Source of the DNA: a virus
Lineage: Duplodnaviria > Caudoviricetes
Length of the DNA: 59,152 nt
Reading direction: 5' to 3' (one strand)
Virus record (IMG/VR): IMGVR_UViG_3300043764_000029
Span: 1-59,152 of that record
Shown piece by piece: positions 38,215 through 49,362 of the stretch (position 1 is the first letter of the stretch; every line of letters begins with the position of its first letter). A program made the position numbers and the translations under genes. Under the pieces are notes generated by a model that was not told the origin of the DNA, did no database searches, and saw only the letters and a list, made by a program, of their open reading frames with translations.

Positions 38215-38727
38215 CTACTCGTTGAAGACGACCCAGCACAGCATGTTGACCGCAGCCGCGAACGTGGCCCGCACCCGCAGGAACTTGCTGATCGCGATGA
38301 CGGGCTGCTCGTCCGGCAGGAACTGGTACTCGTACGTCATCGCCTCGGCGCCAGCCGTCGGCGGGATCAGAACCTCGTCGAAGACACGGACCGCAGTCGG
38401 GGTTCCCTCAGCCGTGGCCGTGTAGCCCGTGGCGGAGCTACCGAGGGTCAGAAGCGAGTTCGGGGCGTTCGGGTCGAGCTGCTGCACACCGGACGCGATA
38501 TGCCCCGTCACGGTGGCGGCCACATCGGTCTGGATCAGTTCGACCTGACCACCCGTCGAACCGGGCACGGCGTCCAAGGTGTACCCCCACGAGACGACCT
38601 GGATCATGCGGCTCGCTGGCGTCGCAAGCTGCAGCATCGTCTTGATGACCGTGCCCGTGGTGACCTTTGCCAGCGCTGCCGTGGTCGGCATCGGGCCGTT
38701 GTACACCTTGAAGCGATGGATGCTCAC
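38215..38727 (-). CDS. Virion structural protein
   Basis: Follows the tape measure; beta-rich. Confidence 0.7.
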   Translation of the reverse strand: MSIHRFKVYNGPMPTTAALAKVTTGTVIKTMLQLATPASRMIQVVSWGYTLDAVPGSTGGQVELIQTDVAATVTGHIASGVQQLDPNAPNSLLTLGSSATGYTATAEGTPTAVRVFDEVLIPPTAGAEAMTYEYQFLPDEQPVIAISKFLRVRATFAAAVNMLCWVVFNE

Positions 38728-38746
38728 AGCTGCAAGTCCTTCCCTC

Positions 38747-38968
38747 TCAGCCCTGCCCGAGGACGGTCTGCACGTTGCCGCCCTGCACCCCGATGTTCTT
38801 CCGCAGCCACGACATGATTCGCCGCCACGTCGTCATCAGCCCTGCCCGAGGACGGTCTGCACGTTGCCGCCCTGCACCCCGATGTTCTTCCGCAGCCACG
38901 ACATGATTCGCCGCCACGTCGTCATCAGCCCTGCCCGAGGACGGTCTGCACGTTGCCGCCCTGCACCC
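38747..38968. repeat. 89-bp tandem repeat (2 identical units plus 44 bp in the TMP 3' end)
   Basis: Units start at 38747, 38836 and 38925. Confidence 0.95.
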
Positions 38969-41573
38969 GGATCGTCTTGCGCAGCAGCTGCAGCAGAAGC
39001 TCATCCATGGCGCTGCCACCAGAGTTGATCTCCAGCTGCACCTTCACCGCGCCCTGGTCGGCAGAGGCCGCCATCGAGCGGGACTGCCCCGACGGAATCA
39101 CCGTGCTGCCCGACGGCAACCGCACCAACTCCGGGCCCTGCTCACCGACCCACACCATCCCCGACCGCGGGCCGCCGCCAGCCGCGCCGATGATCCCGCC
39201 GTGCGCGAAACCGTGCTGGTACGAGTCGCCGTTGGAGCCCACCTCGGTGTGGACATTGACGAACTTGGTGGTCACGGTCACCGTGCGGTCCGGGATCGTC
39301 AGGATCGCGTCGGCAAGATCCTTCGCCTGTTGCTCGTTGAGGCCCATCTTCTCGGCCAAGGAGACGAGGTTGTCCCGGCCGGTCTCATAGATCTTGTTGA
39401 CCTTGTCCCAGGACTCGCCGTTGTTGAGGGCCGCCTCCGCTGCGTTGTCCGTCTTCGCCGCGAGATCAGACAGCGCCTTCTCGTTACCGCGGGCCTTCTC
39501 GTTCGACAGGTCGAGCTCGCCGTTCACCATGTGCAGTGACCGGCCGTTCTCGCCCAGCGCCTTCGTGCCGTCGTCGATCGCCGCATACAGCCCGGCCATG
39601 CCGTCCAGGGCCTTCCGGTTGGCGTCGTTCAGGTCGATGATCGCTTCCTTCAGGCCCTTCGCGGTCTGCTCCTGGTCGCCGAGCTTCGCGGTGGTGTCGA
39701 CGGCCTGCTGCCCGAGCGCGCCCATGCTGTCGGCGGCGACCTTCTGCTCCAGCGCGGTGCCCTGCAGCGCGTTGTTGTACTTGCTCAGCTCTCCTGCCAG
39801 TTCGGCAGGGTCCTTGCCCTGCTTCACCAGGGCTTCCTGAAGGCGCTGGAGCGCGGCGGCGGCGAGGTCGGCGTGGCCGCCCTGGACCATGCCCGCCAGG
39901 CTCTGGTCAAGACCGTCAATGTCGGCTTTCGCCTTGTTCATGCTGTTCGACTGCTGAGTGCCCAACGTGAAGATCTTGTTCATCACGTCGTTGAACTCGT
40001 CCATGCCAGCGGACTTGCCAGCCACCCGGTCCACGGCATACCCGAGCTGGTCCAGGTTCGTCCCGAAGGTCTTCCCCGCCTCGCCAGCGACCTGACCGGA
40101 CTTCGCCAACTGCATCAGCGATGTCGTCAACTGGTCGATGTCCGGGCCGTTGTCCTGGTTCGCCGAGGAGAGCTGGCTGAGCATCATGATGAACAGGCCG
40201 ATGCCCGTGGCGCCGACCGCCAGCTTCGCCTTCGTGCCCAGTGCCGAGAACGCGGCCCCGAGAGTGTCCAGGCCTCCACCAGCCGCAACGTTCGCCGCCT
40301 GCACCTCGAAGATCCTCAGCTTGTAGGCTGTCATAGCCTCGCTCGCGGCCTTGAAGCCCGTCACCAGACCCTCGATCAGCGCCACGACCTTGCTGATCGC
40401 CGCGAAGCCGGCAAGCGCGGTCACCAGCAGTCCGGTCACCTGGAGGACCTCGACGGTGGCCTGCTTGTGGTCGAGGAGCGCCTTGACGACCTTCTGGACG
40501 TACGGGATCAGCTTCTCGCCCAGGCTGATCATCAGGGCGTCCAGCGACGCCTGCAGCTGCTTCGTCTGGAACGCGAACGTCTGCTGAGTCTTCTCCCACG
40601 CGTCGCCGAAGCCGTTCGCGCCGGCCTCCAGTGCGGGGTACTTCGACTCCAGCCGGTCCATCTGCGACAGCAGCACGTTGAGCCCGGCGCCCGCTTTCCG
40701 TCCGAAGGCCTGGGTGATCACTTCACCCTGCTGGTCCGCCGTGATGCCCGCCTTCGTCATCCGGCCGCTGAGGTCCTCGAGGGCGAGCTTCAGGCCGCCC
40801 TTCTGCATGTCGTCGGCGAGAGTGCTCTGCGTCAGCCCGAGACGCTTCAGGGCGTCCGCGCCGGATGCGACGGGCTGCGCGAGCGCCTGTACGGACATGC
40901 GGAGCTGCGTGCCGGCCGCCGCGCCCCGGATGTTGTTGTCGCCAAAGACCGCCAAGCCAGCTCCGACGTCGGCGATCGACAGGCCGAAGCCCTTGACCGT
41001 GGCGACCATGCCGGACCCGAACGCCTTCGCCAGGTCCTGCATCTGCATGTCGCCGACACCAACGGTGGCGTTGAGAACGCCCATCGCCTGGGACATGTTC
41101 TCCACGCCGGGGATGCCCGAGGCCACGGCGGCGGTCAGTGCGTTGGTGACGTCCACGAGGTTCGCGTGGCCGACCGCCGCGCCCTCCGCCGCGATCTTCG
41201 TGGTGTCCAGCGCCTTCGCGCTCGTGATGCCCATCGACTCGAAGTTCGACTCGACATGGAACAGCGACTCCGCCAGCGAATCCGGGCTGAACCCGACCTG
41301 GCCAGCGAGGTCGAGCACGCCCTTCGACAACCCAGCGATCTTGTCCTGTGAGACGCCCGCCTGCGTGTTGAGCAGCGCCATCTTCGAGTCGAAGTCGCTG
41401 GCCATGCGGATCGACTCGCCGAGGAACCCGACCATCGCGACGCCCGCCAGCGCCGCCGTCTTGTTGACCTTCGACATGGTGGACTCCATCGCGGAGGCGC
41501 CTTCCTTCGCCTCCGCGAACGCCGGGCCGGTGAGGTTCTTGGCCGTCACCAAGATCTCAACAAGATCAGGCAT
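38925..41573 (-). CDS. Tail tape measure protein
   Basis: 882 aa helical; TP901-type core; FAHGGII..VWVGEQGPELV. Confidence 0.93.
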   Translation of the reverse strand: MPDLVEILVTAKNLTGPAFAEAKEGASAMESTMSKVNKTAALAGVAMVGFLGESIRMASDFDSKMALLNTQAGVSQDKIAGLSKGVLDLAGQVGFSPDSLAESLFHVESNFESMGITSAKALDTTKIAAEGAAVGHANLVDVTNALTAAVASGIPGVENMSQAMGVLNATVGVGDMQMQDLAKAFGSGMVATVKGFGLSIADVGAGLAVFGDNNIRGAAAGTQLRMSVQALAQPVASGADALKRLGLTQSTLADDMQKGGLKLALEDLSGRMTKAGITADQQGEVITQAFGRKAGAGLNVLLSQMDRLESKYPALEAGANGFGDAWEKTQQTFAFQTKQLQASLDALMISLGEKLIPYVQKVVKALLDHKQATVEVLQVTGLLVTALAGFAAISKVVALIEGLVTGFKAASEAMTAYKLRIFEVQAANVAAGGGLDTLGAAFSALGTKAKLAVGATGIGLFIMMLSQLSSANQDNGPDIDQLTTSLMQLAKSGQVAGEAGKTFGTNLDQLGYAVDRVAGKSAGMDEFNDVMNKIFTLGTQQSNSMNKAKADIDGLDQSLAGMVQGGHADLAAAALQRLQEALVKQGKDPAELAGELSKYNNALQGTALEQKVAADSMGALGQQAVDTTAKLGDQEQTAKGLKEAIIDLNDANRKALDGMAGLYAAIDDGTKALGENGRSLHMVNGELDLSNEKARGNEKALSDLAAKTDNAAEAALNNGESWDKVNKIYETGRDNLVSLAEKMGLNEQQAKDLADAILTIPDRTVTVTTKFVNVHTEVGSNGDSYQHGFAHGGIIGAAGGGPRSGMVWVGEQGPELVRLPSGSTVIPSGQSRSMAASADQGAVKVQLEINSGGSAMDELLLQLLRKTIRVQGGNVQTVLGQG

Positions 41574-42119
41574 CCCGGTCTCCCCTCCCACCCAGCTCGG
41601 TGATCGTCAGCAGGCGCAGCATCTCCGCCGGCTCCGCCAGCACCTCCGACGGCAACTTGTGCCAGCGGTCGCACAGGCGGATCACCAGTTCGGCGTGCTC
41701 TAGCTCGCGAGGCTTTCTGACGGGACGTCCATCGGAATCGACGCCTCCAGCGACGGCTGCCCATCGCTGGAGGTCTGCCGCAAAGGGCCGCGGACCCCGG
41801 CGATCGCGTCCGTCCACACGTCGATGATCTTCACGGTGAAGTCGAGGTCCTGAGAATGGAGACCGTCCAGCGTCGGCGGGATCGGCTGGCCGGTGTCCTC
41901 GTCCTCTGCGTTCCACTCGATCAGCGCGCCAGCGAGGAGCTCCAGCATCCGGCCGGTGGCATCCTCGGCACCATCGCCGCCCGCCCTGCTAGTCGCCTGC
42001 GCGGCCCGCAGCTCGATGAACTGGCCCGTGTTCAGGGACCGGGCCACTACCTCCAGCCCGTCCCAGTCAGTGCCCTGGAACGACAGCTTGAAGATCTTCC
42101 GCTTGACCTTGTAACCCAT
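41566..42119 (-). CDS. Tail assembly chaperone (41700..42119) with -1 frameshift extension to 41566
   Basis: In-frame slippery C CCT TTG (41781-41787); -1 frame encodes LCDRWHKLPSEV.. Confidence 0.8.
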
Positions 42120-42129
42120 TAGATCTCCC

Positions 42130-42546
42130 CTAGGACCACGTAGGAACGACGCCGTTTGCGAGCACGCCGGGCGCGGACCAGGTCAGCTCGCCGGCCGCGG
42201 CGCGGGTCAGCGAGTAGTCGGTGAAAAGGCACGTCGGCGCCAACGTCTTGCCGTTGGTGACGATCGTGACCAGGCGGTTGACCGAGGTGCTGGGAACGGT
42301 CTTCAGGACGTCGTGCTGGCGGTTGGTCGCCGGGTTGAAGACGCCGTTCAGGGTCATGGAGAAGTCCGCGAGCAGCAGCAGCCGCTCGATCGCGGACTTG
42401 TCGATGCCCGTCACGTCCTGCACCGCCCTGGGGGTGGCGAACTGGAAGTTGGTGACGTCGTTGCGGATGTCCTGCTGCGCGTTGGACGCATCGTCGACGC
42501 TTAGCGTCGACCAGCCCAATCCGGTGACCTTGGAAATTGGACTCAC
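42130..42546 (-). CDS. Major tail/tube protein
   Basis: QDVTGIDKSAIERLLLLADFS; directly upstream of chaperone. Confidence 0.7.
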   Translation of the reverse strand: MSPISKVTGLGWSTLSVDDASNAQQDIRNDVTNFQFATPRAVQDVTGIDKSAIERLLLLADFSMTLNGVFNPATNRQHDVLKTVPSTSVNRLVTIVTNGKTLAPTCLFTDYSLTRAAAGELTWSAPGVLANGVVPTWS

Positions 42547-43348
42547 TCCCTTCTAAGTTGAGCCGCGTTCGGCTCACGAATCCACTTCGCGATGGTGGCC
42601 CGCTCGTTGGCGAGCGATGCGAAGACCTTGCGGGTGCCATCGGCACAGTCCCATTCCTTGCGGAACTGGACGGTGTGAGTGAGGGACCACTCGTCGGACG
42701 TGAGCTTGGCGATGTGGGTCTCGGCGCCGCCGTCGACCAGGGCGCGCAGCCAGTCGCTGGGGTCCACCAGCGTCAGGTGAAAGCCCTGCGCCCCCAGGAA
42801 TCGGAGGATGGCGTTGCCGTTGTCCTCTTCATAGACGAGGGGAGGTGTGCCGAAGGTGAAGTCGGCGCAGTCGTCGGTGGCGTCACGGCCGTCGATCTCC
42901 AGGCGCATGTTCATGGTTAGCCACGCTCCCTGTCGTCTGCGAGAGCCCCGAGGTGGCCCTGCATGTCCTCGACCCAGTCGGCGGCGTTGGCGTGCAGCCG
43001 TCGGCGGCCGGTCGGGTTGCCACGCCAGTCCCCGTCCCGGACCACGTACAGCTCGGGCCGGGTCTTGTGCTGGGCGAAGCACCTTTGCCGGGAGCCGAAG
43101 CGGAATACGGTCAGACCTTCGCCGGTGCGCTGCTCCTTGAAGGTCCGCCCGGATTGGTGCCGGATGTAGTGCGCCTGCTGCTGGCCGAGATCGGTGGACT
43201 CGTCGATGGTCGACTCCCAGCCGTGCGCCCACGCCTCGCATCCGACCTGCTCGCACGCGGCCACCACGGTGCGGTCCTGCGGCGACGTGATGCTGTACGT
43301 CTGGTAGGCGCCGACCGCGAGCGCCGGCTGAATCCGGAAGGCATCCAT
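42543..43348 (-). CDS. Two hypothetical proteins (42917..43348; 42543..42914)
   Basis: ORFs within the tail operon. Confidence 0.65.
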
Positions 43349-44217
43349 CAGAAGCTCACCCCCGCGATCTGGTTGCGGACGATGGTGAGCGCGAACGTCA
43401 CCGCGGTGAAGCCGCCGGTGGTGACCGTGACCGCCCGCACGAACCGGCGGATCGCCGCGGTGTTGGCGGTGGCGATCCGCTGCGTCGTAAGCGCGGCCGT
43501 GGTCTGTGCGAACGTCAGTCCGGGCACGTCCGCGAAGTTGACCTCGTCCGCCGAGTCCTGGATCTTCACGGTGACGTCCGTGCCGGTGAACGCCGTCACC
43601 TGCAGGTATGCCTGGGCGCCGAATGCTGACGGTGCCGCGCCGTCGACGAACGGGCCGTTCGTCGACGCGCTGTCGCTGCGGAGGCCTGGGGTGAGCTGGA
43701 CGCCCCACTCGAGGCCGTAGCCGTCGGCATCGAGGCCGCAGATGAAGGTGAACGACCCGTCAGCGCCCCTCGTGCCGTTGTAGTCGAGCTGCTTGGCGAT
43801 CATTTCGGCGGCCGGATTGCCGAGCGCTGTGCCGCGCCGGTAGCTGGCCTGCACGTCCGCCGTGGGCAGCGAGGACAGGACGGGGTGGGAGTTCGTCGGG
43901 TTGAAGTACGACGTGAAGTCGAGCGCACCGTCGCGCTTTCCGCCGAGCCGCTCGTGTGCGCTCTCGTTGATCGCAGTCACGTCGAGCACCGCCACGGTGC
44001 CGCTGATCTTCTGCAGCGAGTTGATATCGCCGCTGAGGTCGTAACCGCCCAAGTAGAAGTTGTCGCCGAGACCGCTCTGCTTGCCCTTTGGCGACGGTGG
44101 CGCCGGGACGGCCGGAGTGTCCGGGCCGTCCGGCCGACCTGGCTGCGGGAGGAACCAGAACGCCGCCGGGGAGACGAACCCTGGTGGCATCCCGTCCATG
44201 ACGCCTGCTGCGCTCAT
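43348..44217 (-). CDS. Tail-tube-like structural protein
   Basis: KQSGLGDNFY..DVTAINESAHERL resembles 42130..42546. Confidence 0.65.
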   Translation of the reverse strand: MSAAGVMDGMPPGFVSPAAFWFLPQPGRPDGPDTPAVPAPPSPKGKQSGLGDNFYLGGYDLSGDINSLQKISGTVAVLDVTAINESAHERLGGKRDGALDFTSYFNPTNSHPVLSSLPTADVQASYRRGTALGNPAAEMIAKQLDYNGTRGADGSFTFICGLDADGYGLEWGVQLTPGLRSDSASTNGPFVDGAAPSAFGAQAYLQVTAFTGTDVTVKIQDSADEVNFADVPGLTFAQTTAALTTQRIATANTAAIRRFVRAVTVTTGGFTAVTFALTIVRNQIAGVSF

Positions 44218-44245
44218 GCTGCTCCCTTCCTCACGTTAGTGGTCA

Positions 44246-45096
44246 TCAGGCCTGGGCCCAGAGGTCGTTGACGATGGCCGGCAGGACGATGGTGACGACG
44301 CGGTACGTCTTGCCTGCCTGGGTCAGGTAGCCAGCCTGCGCACTGAGCGGCGTTCCGGTCTGGCCGAGCAGGTCGATGTTGCGAACGTTGCCGCCGAGCT
44401 CGAAGTCCCCGCTGTACGCGGTCATCAGCACATCGACTGCGGCGACGAGGTTCGGGTCGATCGCGTCTTCGGGCTGCTGGACGAAGCTGCTGTAGAGGCG
44501 CGCGTTGAACGTCAGCAGCCCGGAGCTGATGGCGAGCCCGGAAGCCGATGGAACGGGACGGATGCCTTGGAACCAGGCCACGTAGCTCAGGCCGTTCCCG
44601 GGCGGGCTCTTCGGTTCATGACCCATGACCCGGTCGAACAGGCCGGTGGCTGCGGCGTGGGAGGTGATGCCGTCGAGGATGCCCGTGATGTTGATCGCCA
44701 TCACAGCTCCTTGATCGCGCGGTCAAGGTGGGCGGCGACGATGGCCTTCATCTTCTGGGCCATGCGGTTCCGGACGATCCGGAAGGTGTGGTAGCCCTCG
44801 AAGCGCGTAACCGGGGCGTTCCGGGAGCCGGTGCCTTCGAGCCACGGCCCGTAGATCACGTTGGTGTCGTTGACGCTCCACGTCTCGGCATCGACCCGCT
44901 GGGCTCGGATTTGCGACTCGTAGTAGCCGGTGGGGTGCTGGAGCACCTGGTCGAGCTGCATGAGGACCTCGTGCATGGTGTACGAGGCGCCCTCGGCCAC
45001 AGCACCGGCGAGGAGCTTCTCCACAATCGGCTCGGCATAGCCCTCGACGAGGGGCCCCTGCTTGTGGACCCTCAGGATCAGCGGGGAGTCAGCCAT
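44246..45096 (-). CDS. Tail terminator-like (44246..44704) and HK97 gp10-like (44701..45096) neck proteins
   Basis: YGPWLEGTG motif; synteny. Confidence 0.65.
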
Positions 45097-45097
45097 C

Positions 45098-46165
45098 TCA
45101 GATCACCCGCCGCCTGTTCTTGCGCCCGTACGTGGTTTCGGCCTCGTCCCACAGGTCCGCAAGCGACGTGCCGAGGTGGGCGACCGTTGATGCGCCTTCG
45201 CCCTGCGGGTCGGTGTAGCCGCCGGTCTCCTGCAGCAGCCGGTTCGTCGCCTCGGCGATGGCCAGGTCCCGGATCAGCGACGGCACGCGGTGGATGCTGG
45301 CCGGCGCCGCGTTGGAGTGCGTGGCCGCGGTGGTGCCGAGCTGGCCGCGCTGCACCGTCAGCGTCCGGAACGCGTAGATCGTCGTGCCGGTGGAGTGCGT
45401 GGCCAGCACGGTGCCGTCCCACGCCCGCTTCACGGTGAGGGCGTTGCCGGTGATGTCGACGATGAGCATCCGCTCGGAGTCGATCTGGATGACCTCGTCG
45501 ATGTGGACCTGCGTGCCGTCACTCGCGCCGATCGTGACGTCGTTCAGGGAGGCCGTGGTCGCGCCGGTCAGGTTCGTCTGCCCGGTGCTGACGCTCGACC
45601 GGTTGGAGACGAGCATCCGCTCGGAGTCGACGATCAGGAGGTCGCCGACGCCGATGAGGCTGCCGTCGGAGACGGTCACGGTGCCCACCGTGGTCGAGCT
45701 GACCGCAGCCGCGAGCTGCCCGGCCGGGTCCGTGGCCGTCCAGAAGCCGAATGTCCCCGTGATGGCGACGTCCCGCTGCGGCGTCGAACCCACGCCGAAG
45801 CTGTAGGACTGGTCACGGCGGAGCTCCATGTACGTGTACGGCGGCCCGGAGTTGACCGGCTCGAAGTTGCACGCGCTGAGCGGGATCGTGGTGCCGCCCG
45901 AGGTGACCGACGTCGGGATCGCCGCCAGCTCCCACTGGTCGAACCACAGCCGCCACGGGTAGGCGTACTGGAAGTTCGGCCAGTCGAAGTACCGGGTGGT
46001 GTCGTTCGGGTAGAAGACGCGGTGCAGGTGGCCCTCGATGTTGCGGGCAGCGGACTGGATCGCCCTGTCCACCTGCCAGTTGTTGCGCGCCGTCTCCTTC
46101 ATGTCGATGGCGCGCTTCACTTCCTCACGGCTGCAGTAGCAAGGGGTCGTCAGGGCCGTGGCCAT
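45098..46165 (-). CDS. Head-tail adaptor with inserted beta repeats
   Basis: YCSREEVK..IEG.L.R.FYP; two DSERML repeats. Confidence 0.7.
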   Translation of the reverse strand: MATALTTPCYCSREEVKRAIDMKETARNNWQVDRAIQSAARNIEGHLHRVFYPNDTTRYFDWPNFQYAYPWRLWFDQWELAAIPTSVTSGGTTIPLSACNFEPVNSGPPYTYMELRRDQSYSFGVGSTPQRDVAITGTFGFWTATDPAGQLAAAVSSTTVGTVTVSDGSLIGVGDLLIVDSERMLVSNRSSVSTGQTNLTGATTASLNDVTIGASDGTQVHIDEVIQIDSERMLIVDITGNALTVKRAWDGTVLATHSTGTTIYAFRTLTVQRGQLGTTAATHSNAAPASIHRVPSLIRDLAIAEATNRLLQETGGYTDPQGEGASTVAHLGTSLADLWDEAETTYGRKNRRRVI

Positions 46166-46710
46166 GCGACCTCCCACGCCTCGTCAGCGGCCGCGAGCAG
46201 CCCGCACGGTGCCGGCCGCCACTCGCCCCACGTCCACACACCGTGCCCGTCGACGGTGAGGGCGTGCCGCTCGGCCAGGTCCACGCCGAGGACGACACCC
46301 GTCTCCAGCACCGTGGCCGGCCGGGCGTCGAGCAGCTGAACCCCGGCTAGGCCGTACTCGGCGGCGGCCTCGATGCTCTCCCACAGCCCGGCGCCAGCGT
46401 CCTCGTGGCTGGCGGTGCGCCAGTAGAGCTCGAGCACGTCCTCGCCACTCACCGCCCGCCCGGTGAGCCGCAGGGACGCCGCCAGGGCCTCGGCAGCGCA
46501 GCACGCGACGTCGGCGTTGGGCGTCCACTTCGCGGGCTTGGCGTGCTGCTGCTGGCGGGCCACGGCGTGGACGTGCTGGGCGTGGGCGCCGCCCTGCTGG
46601 AACTTCTTCCACGCCGCAGCCTGCGCCGCCGACATCGGCCGGTGCTTGCCCGTGCCCGCATGCTTGGCGGCACGGGCGTGCTTCTGCCGGTGACCGTGCT
46701 GTCCCTTCAC
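46150..46710 (-). CDS. Possible papain-like Cys peptidase with basic N-terminus
   Basis: NADVACCAAEALA..RHALTVDGHGVWTWG. Confidence 0.45.
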   Translation of the reverse strand: MKGQHGHRQKHARAAKHAGTGKHRPMSAAQAAAWKKFQQGGAHAQHVHAVARQQQHAKPAKWTPNADVACCAAEALAASLRLTGRAVSGEDVLELYWRTASHEDAGAGLWESIEAAAEYGLAGVQLLDARPATVLETGVVLGVDLAERHALTVDGHGVWTWGEWRPAPCGLLAAADEAWEVAWPRP

Positions 46711-46758
46711 TGCTCCACCTCCCTCGTTGGCTCGCTGTCAGCTGCCGTCAGGCCGGGA

Positions 46759-49306
46759 TCAGCCCAGGGTCTCGGCGTAGAAGTCCTCGACGGTCAGGGT
46801 GTTCGAGGCCGAGTTGGTGCCCCACTGGGCGCCGATGGTCAGCGCGTTCGCGGTGGTGGTGTTGATCGTGATCGGCTGAGTCTGGGTCGACGGCAGCCAG
46901 ATCGGCGTCATCGCGCTGAGCGAGGTGCCCAGGTTGACCTTGCCGTTGCACCACACCGAGCCAGTCGCGCCGACCGACTTCACGAGGATGTCGAGCTCGA
47001 TGTCGAACGGCCACGAGGTCGCGCCGGTCGTGGTCGTGGTCGCGCCGGTCGCGGCCAGCGCGGTGCCGGCCACGCCGCCGTAGTAGATGCCGAGCAGCAG
47101 CGTTGGCGTGGCGGTGTTGGAGAAAATCCCGTAACCCTTGACCCGCAGGCGCTGGCCCACGAACAGGGAGTTCGCGGCGATCGTGATCTGCGGGGTCGGG
47201 GAAACGTCGGTGAGGGTGGTCGACGACGCGTACGCGGAGCCCGCGCCGACGCCGACCACGTTGCTGCCCGGGAGAAGGCTGCGCCAGAACTGTGCCATGT
47301 CTCGCTCCTACGCGAATCGTTGACGAACGGGGTTACGGAAGTCCGCTGTAGCTGCCGGGGCCTTCGGCGACCCCGTCGAACAAGCCCGCGGGCGGTTCCG
47401 GGCGGACCCAGTCACGCGGGTACTGCCAGCCGTCGAACCGGCAGAACCAGATGCCCGCCTCGCTCGGCGGACCGGGCAGCAGCGGCTCGCCGTCGAGCGG
47501 GCACGCCGTCGGAGGGCCGACAACGTTGGGGTCACGCTCGAACTCGGCGCGGGCCTGCCGCCGGATGTCGAGCAACTGGTACCAGGACACGGCGTCACCG
47601 CCCGTACAGCGAGAGCGAGACGCCGGTGAAGGATGGGCTTCCGGTGCCGGTGACGACCCATCGGATACGGCCCACGTCGGTCAGCTGATAGCTCGCCGAG
47701 AGGTTGCCGTACACGGTGCCGCTGGTGTTCAGGACGGCGCCGCTGATCGAGGTTGAGTTGCTGACCAGGACCCAGTTCCCGAAGTAGTCCTTCACATCGA
47801 TGAAGATGGCCAGGCCGGGCGTGCTGCCGGTCGGGGCGTTGGCCGCGTTGACGACGAGCAGGCCGTTGGTGATCCGGGAGAAGTCGATCGTTCCGGCCGT
47901 GGACCCGGTGAGCAAGTTAAGGGTGTTCGAGGTGACGGTGTCCGAGTTGCTGTTCAGCGTCAGGCTGCTGGCGCGGAACAGCTCGGTCGAGATGGTCTCC
48001 CGGGCGTAGGTCACGACGCACCTCCGGCGGCCTTGCGGGCGCTGGCCCGCTTGCTGGCCGTGGCGGCCTTGGCGGGCTGCTCCGTGGCCGCGACGGGCTC
48101 GGCGGTCGGCTGGTCGGTCAGCACCTCGACCGGAACGGCTGGCTCGGCAGCCGCGAAGTCGACGGGCTCGGGCTCCGGTTCGGCGGTGACGTCGACGAGG
48201 GACACCTCGGCGTCCGGCGCCACATAGCCCGGGTCGCCAGGCTGCGCCGCAGCGTTGGACGGCCCACCAGCCACCGTGATCCTCGGCATCTTCGACTCCC
48301 TCTCGACTCGGTCGGCGAACAGCGGCGCGGTGGCCCGGCACTGCGGGCAGCGGAACAGCCCCACCGCGAAGCGGGTGCTGCAGTCCGGGCACACCTCGAC
48401 TGACACGTCAGGCCGCCGCGACCTGAGCTGCGTTGTCCCACGGGATGTAGGCCAGGTCCCACTTCACCGATCCGGTGTTCGTCGCCGAGGTGGTGATCGT
48501 GAGCGAGCCGACCGGGACGAGCCACGCCGACGTCATGACGTCCTGCACGCCGCCGCCGGTGCCGAGGTCGGTCACCAGCGCCGAAGCCGCCGCGGACGGG
48601 AGGCTGAAGTGCGTGCCGACCGCCGCGTTGATGATCGAACCGGCGGCGCACAGGTCGACCGCCGAGCCGACCGTCGGCGCCGTGGAGACCTTCAGCGTGC
48701 ACGCCTGGTTCTGGATCGCGGTGGTGACCTCGCCGATCAGCGCGATCAGCAGGATGCGGCCGCCCGTGATCGTGAAGATGTTGCCGGTTGCTGTCGCTGG
48801 CAGGGTGTTGGTGGCACGGCTGAGCTGGTTGCCGAGCGCGAGCTGCCGGACGTCCTTGTTCTGGAGGAGCGAAGCCATCGCTACGCCCCCAGGATTTCGA
48901 GGTTGGCCGGCTTCCTCTGGACGGTGAGGTCGTGGAGGATCGCCGTGACCAGGCCGGACGCGCCGACGCTGACCTTCAGGTAGGCGTTCGGGTCGGCGAT
49001 CCAGCTGGTCAGGACCTCGAACGCGGTGGTGTAGCCCGAGCTGGCCTGGACGACCGCGTTGGACAGGGACTGGGTCTGCTTGGTCCAGGCGTGCGTGGCG
49101 TTGGTGTCCGCGCGCTGGTAGTAGTGGTTGATCAGGTTGCCCGGGGTGGCGTACGAGCCGCCGAACGTCGACGCGACGGTCAGCGTGAACGTGTCGTTGC
49201 CGGTGCACACGAACGTCACCGCGCTGGCTCCGCGGAACTTGAAGGCGTTGCCGGCCGCGATCGGGACGACGTCGAGCAGCCGCCCGAGTCCTTCCATGCC
49301 TGCCAT
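46759..49306 (-). CDS. Six head-associated ORFs (48881..49306; 48408..48878; 48011..48406; 47595..48014; 47333..47590; 46759..47298)
   Basis: Coupled ORFs after the capsid gene; several beta-rich, decoration-like. Confidence 0.7.
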
Positions 49307-49362
49307 CTGCTGTTCCTCTCCTTGTGACTGGGGTTGTTAGCGGGGCGTCACTGCCGCTTGGA

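Noticed and set aside
38747-38968. CRISPR array or DGR template/variable repeat
   Set aside because: Units are identical with no unique spacers and no adenine-specific differences; no cas or reverse transcriptase gene was recognised in the window
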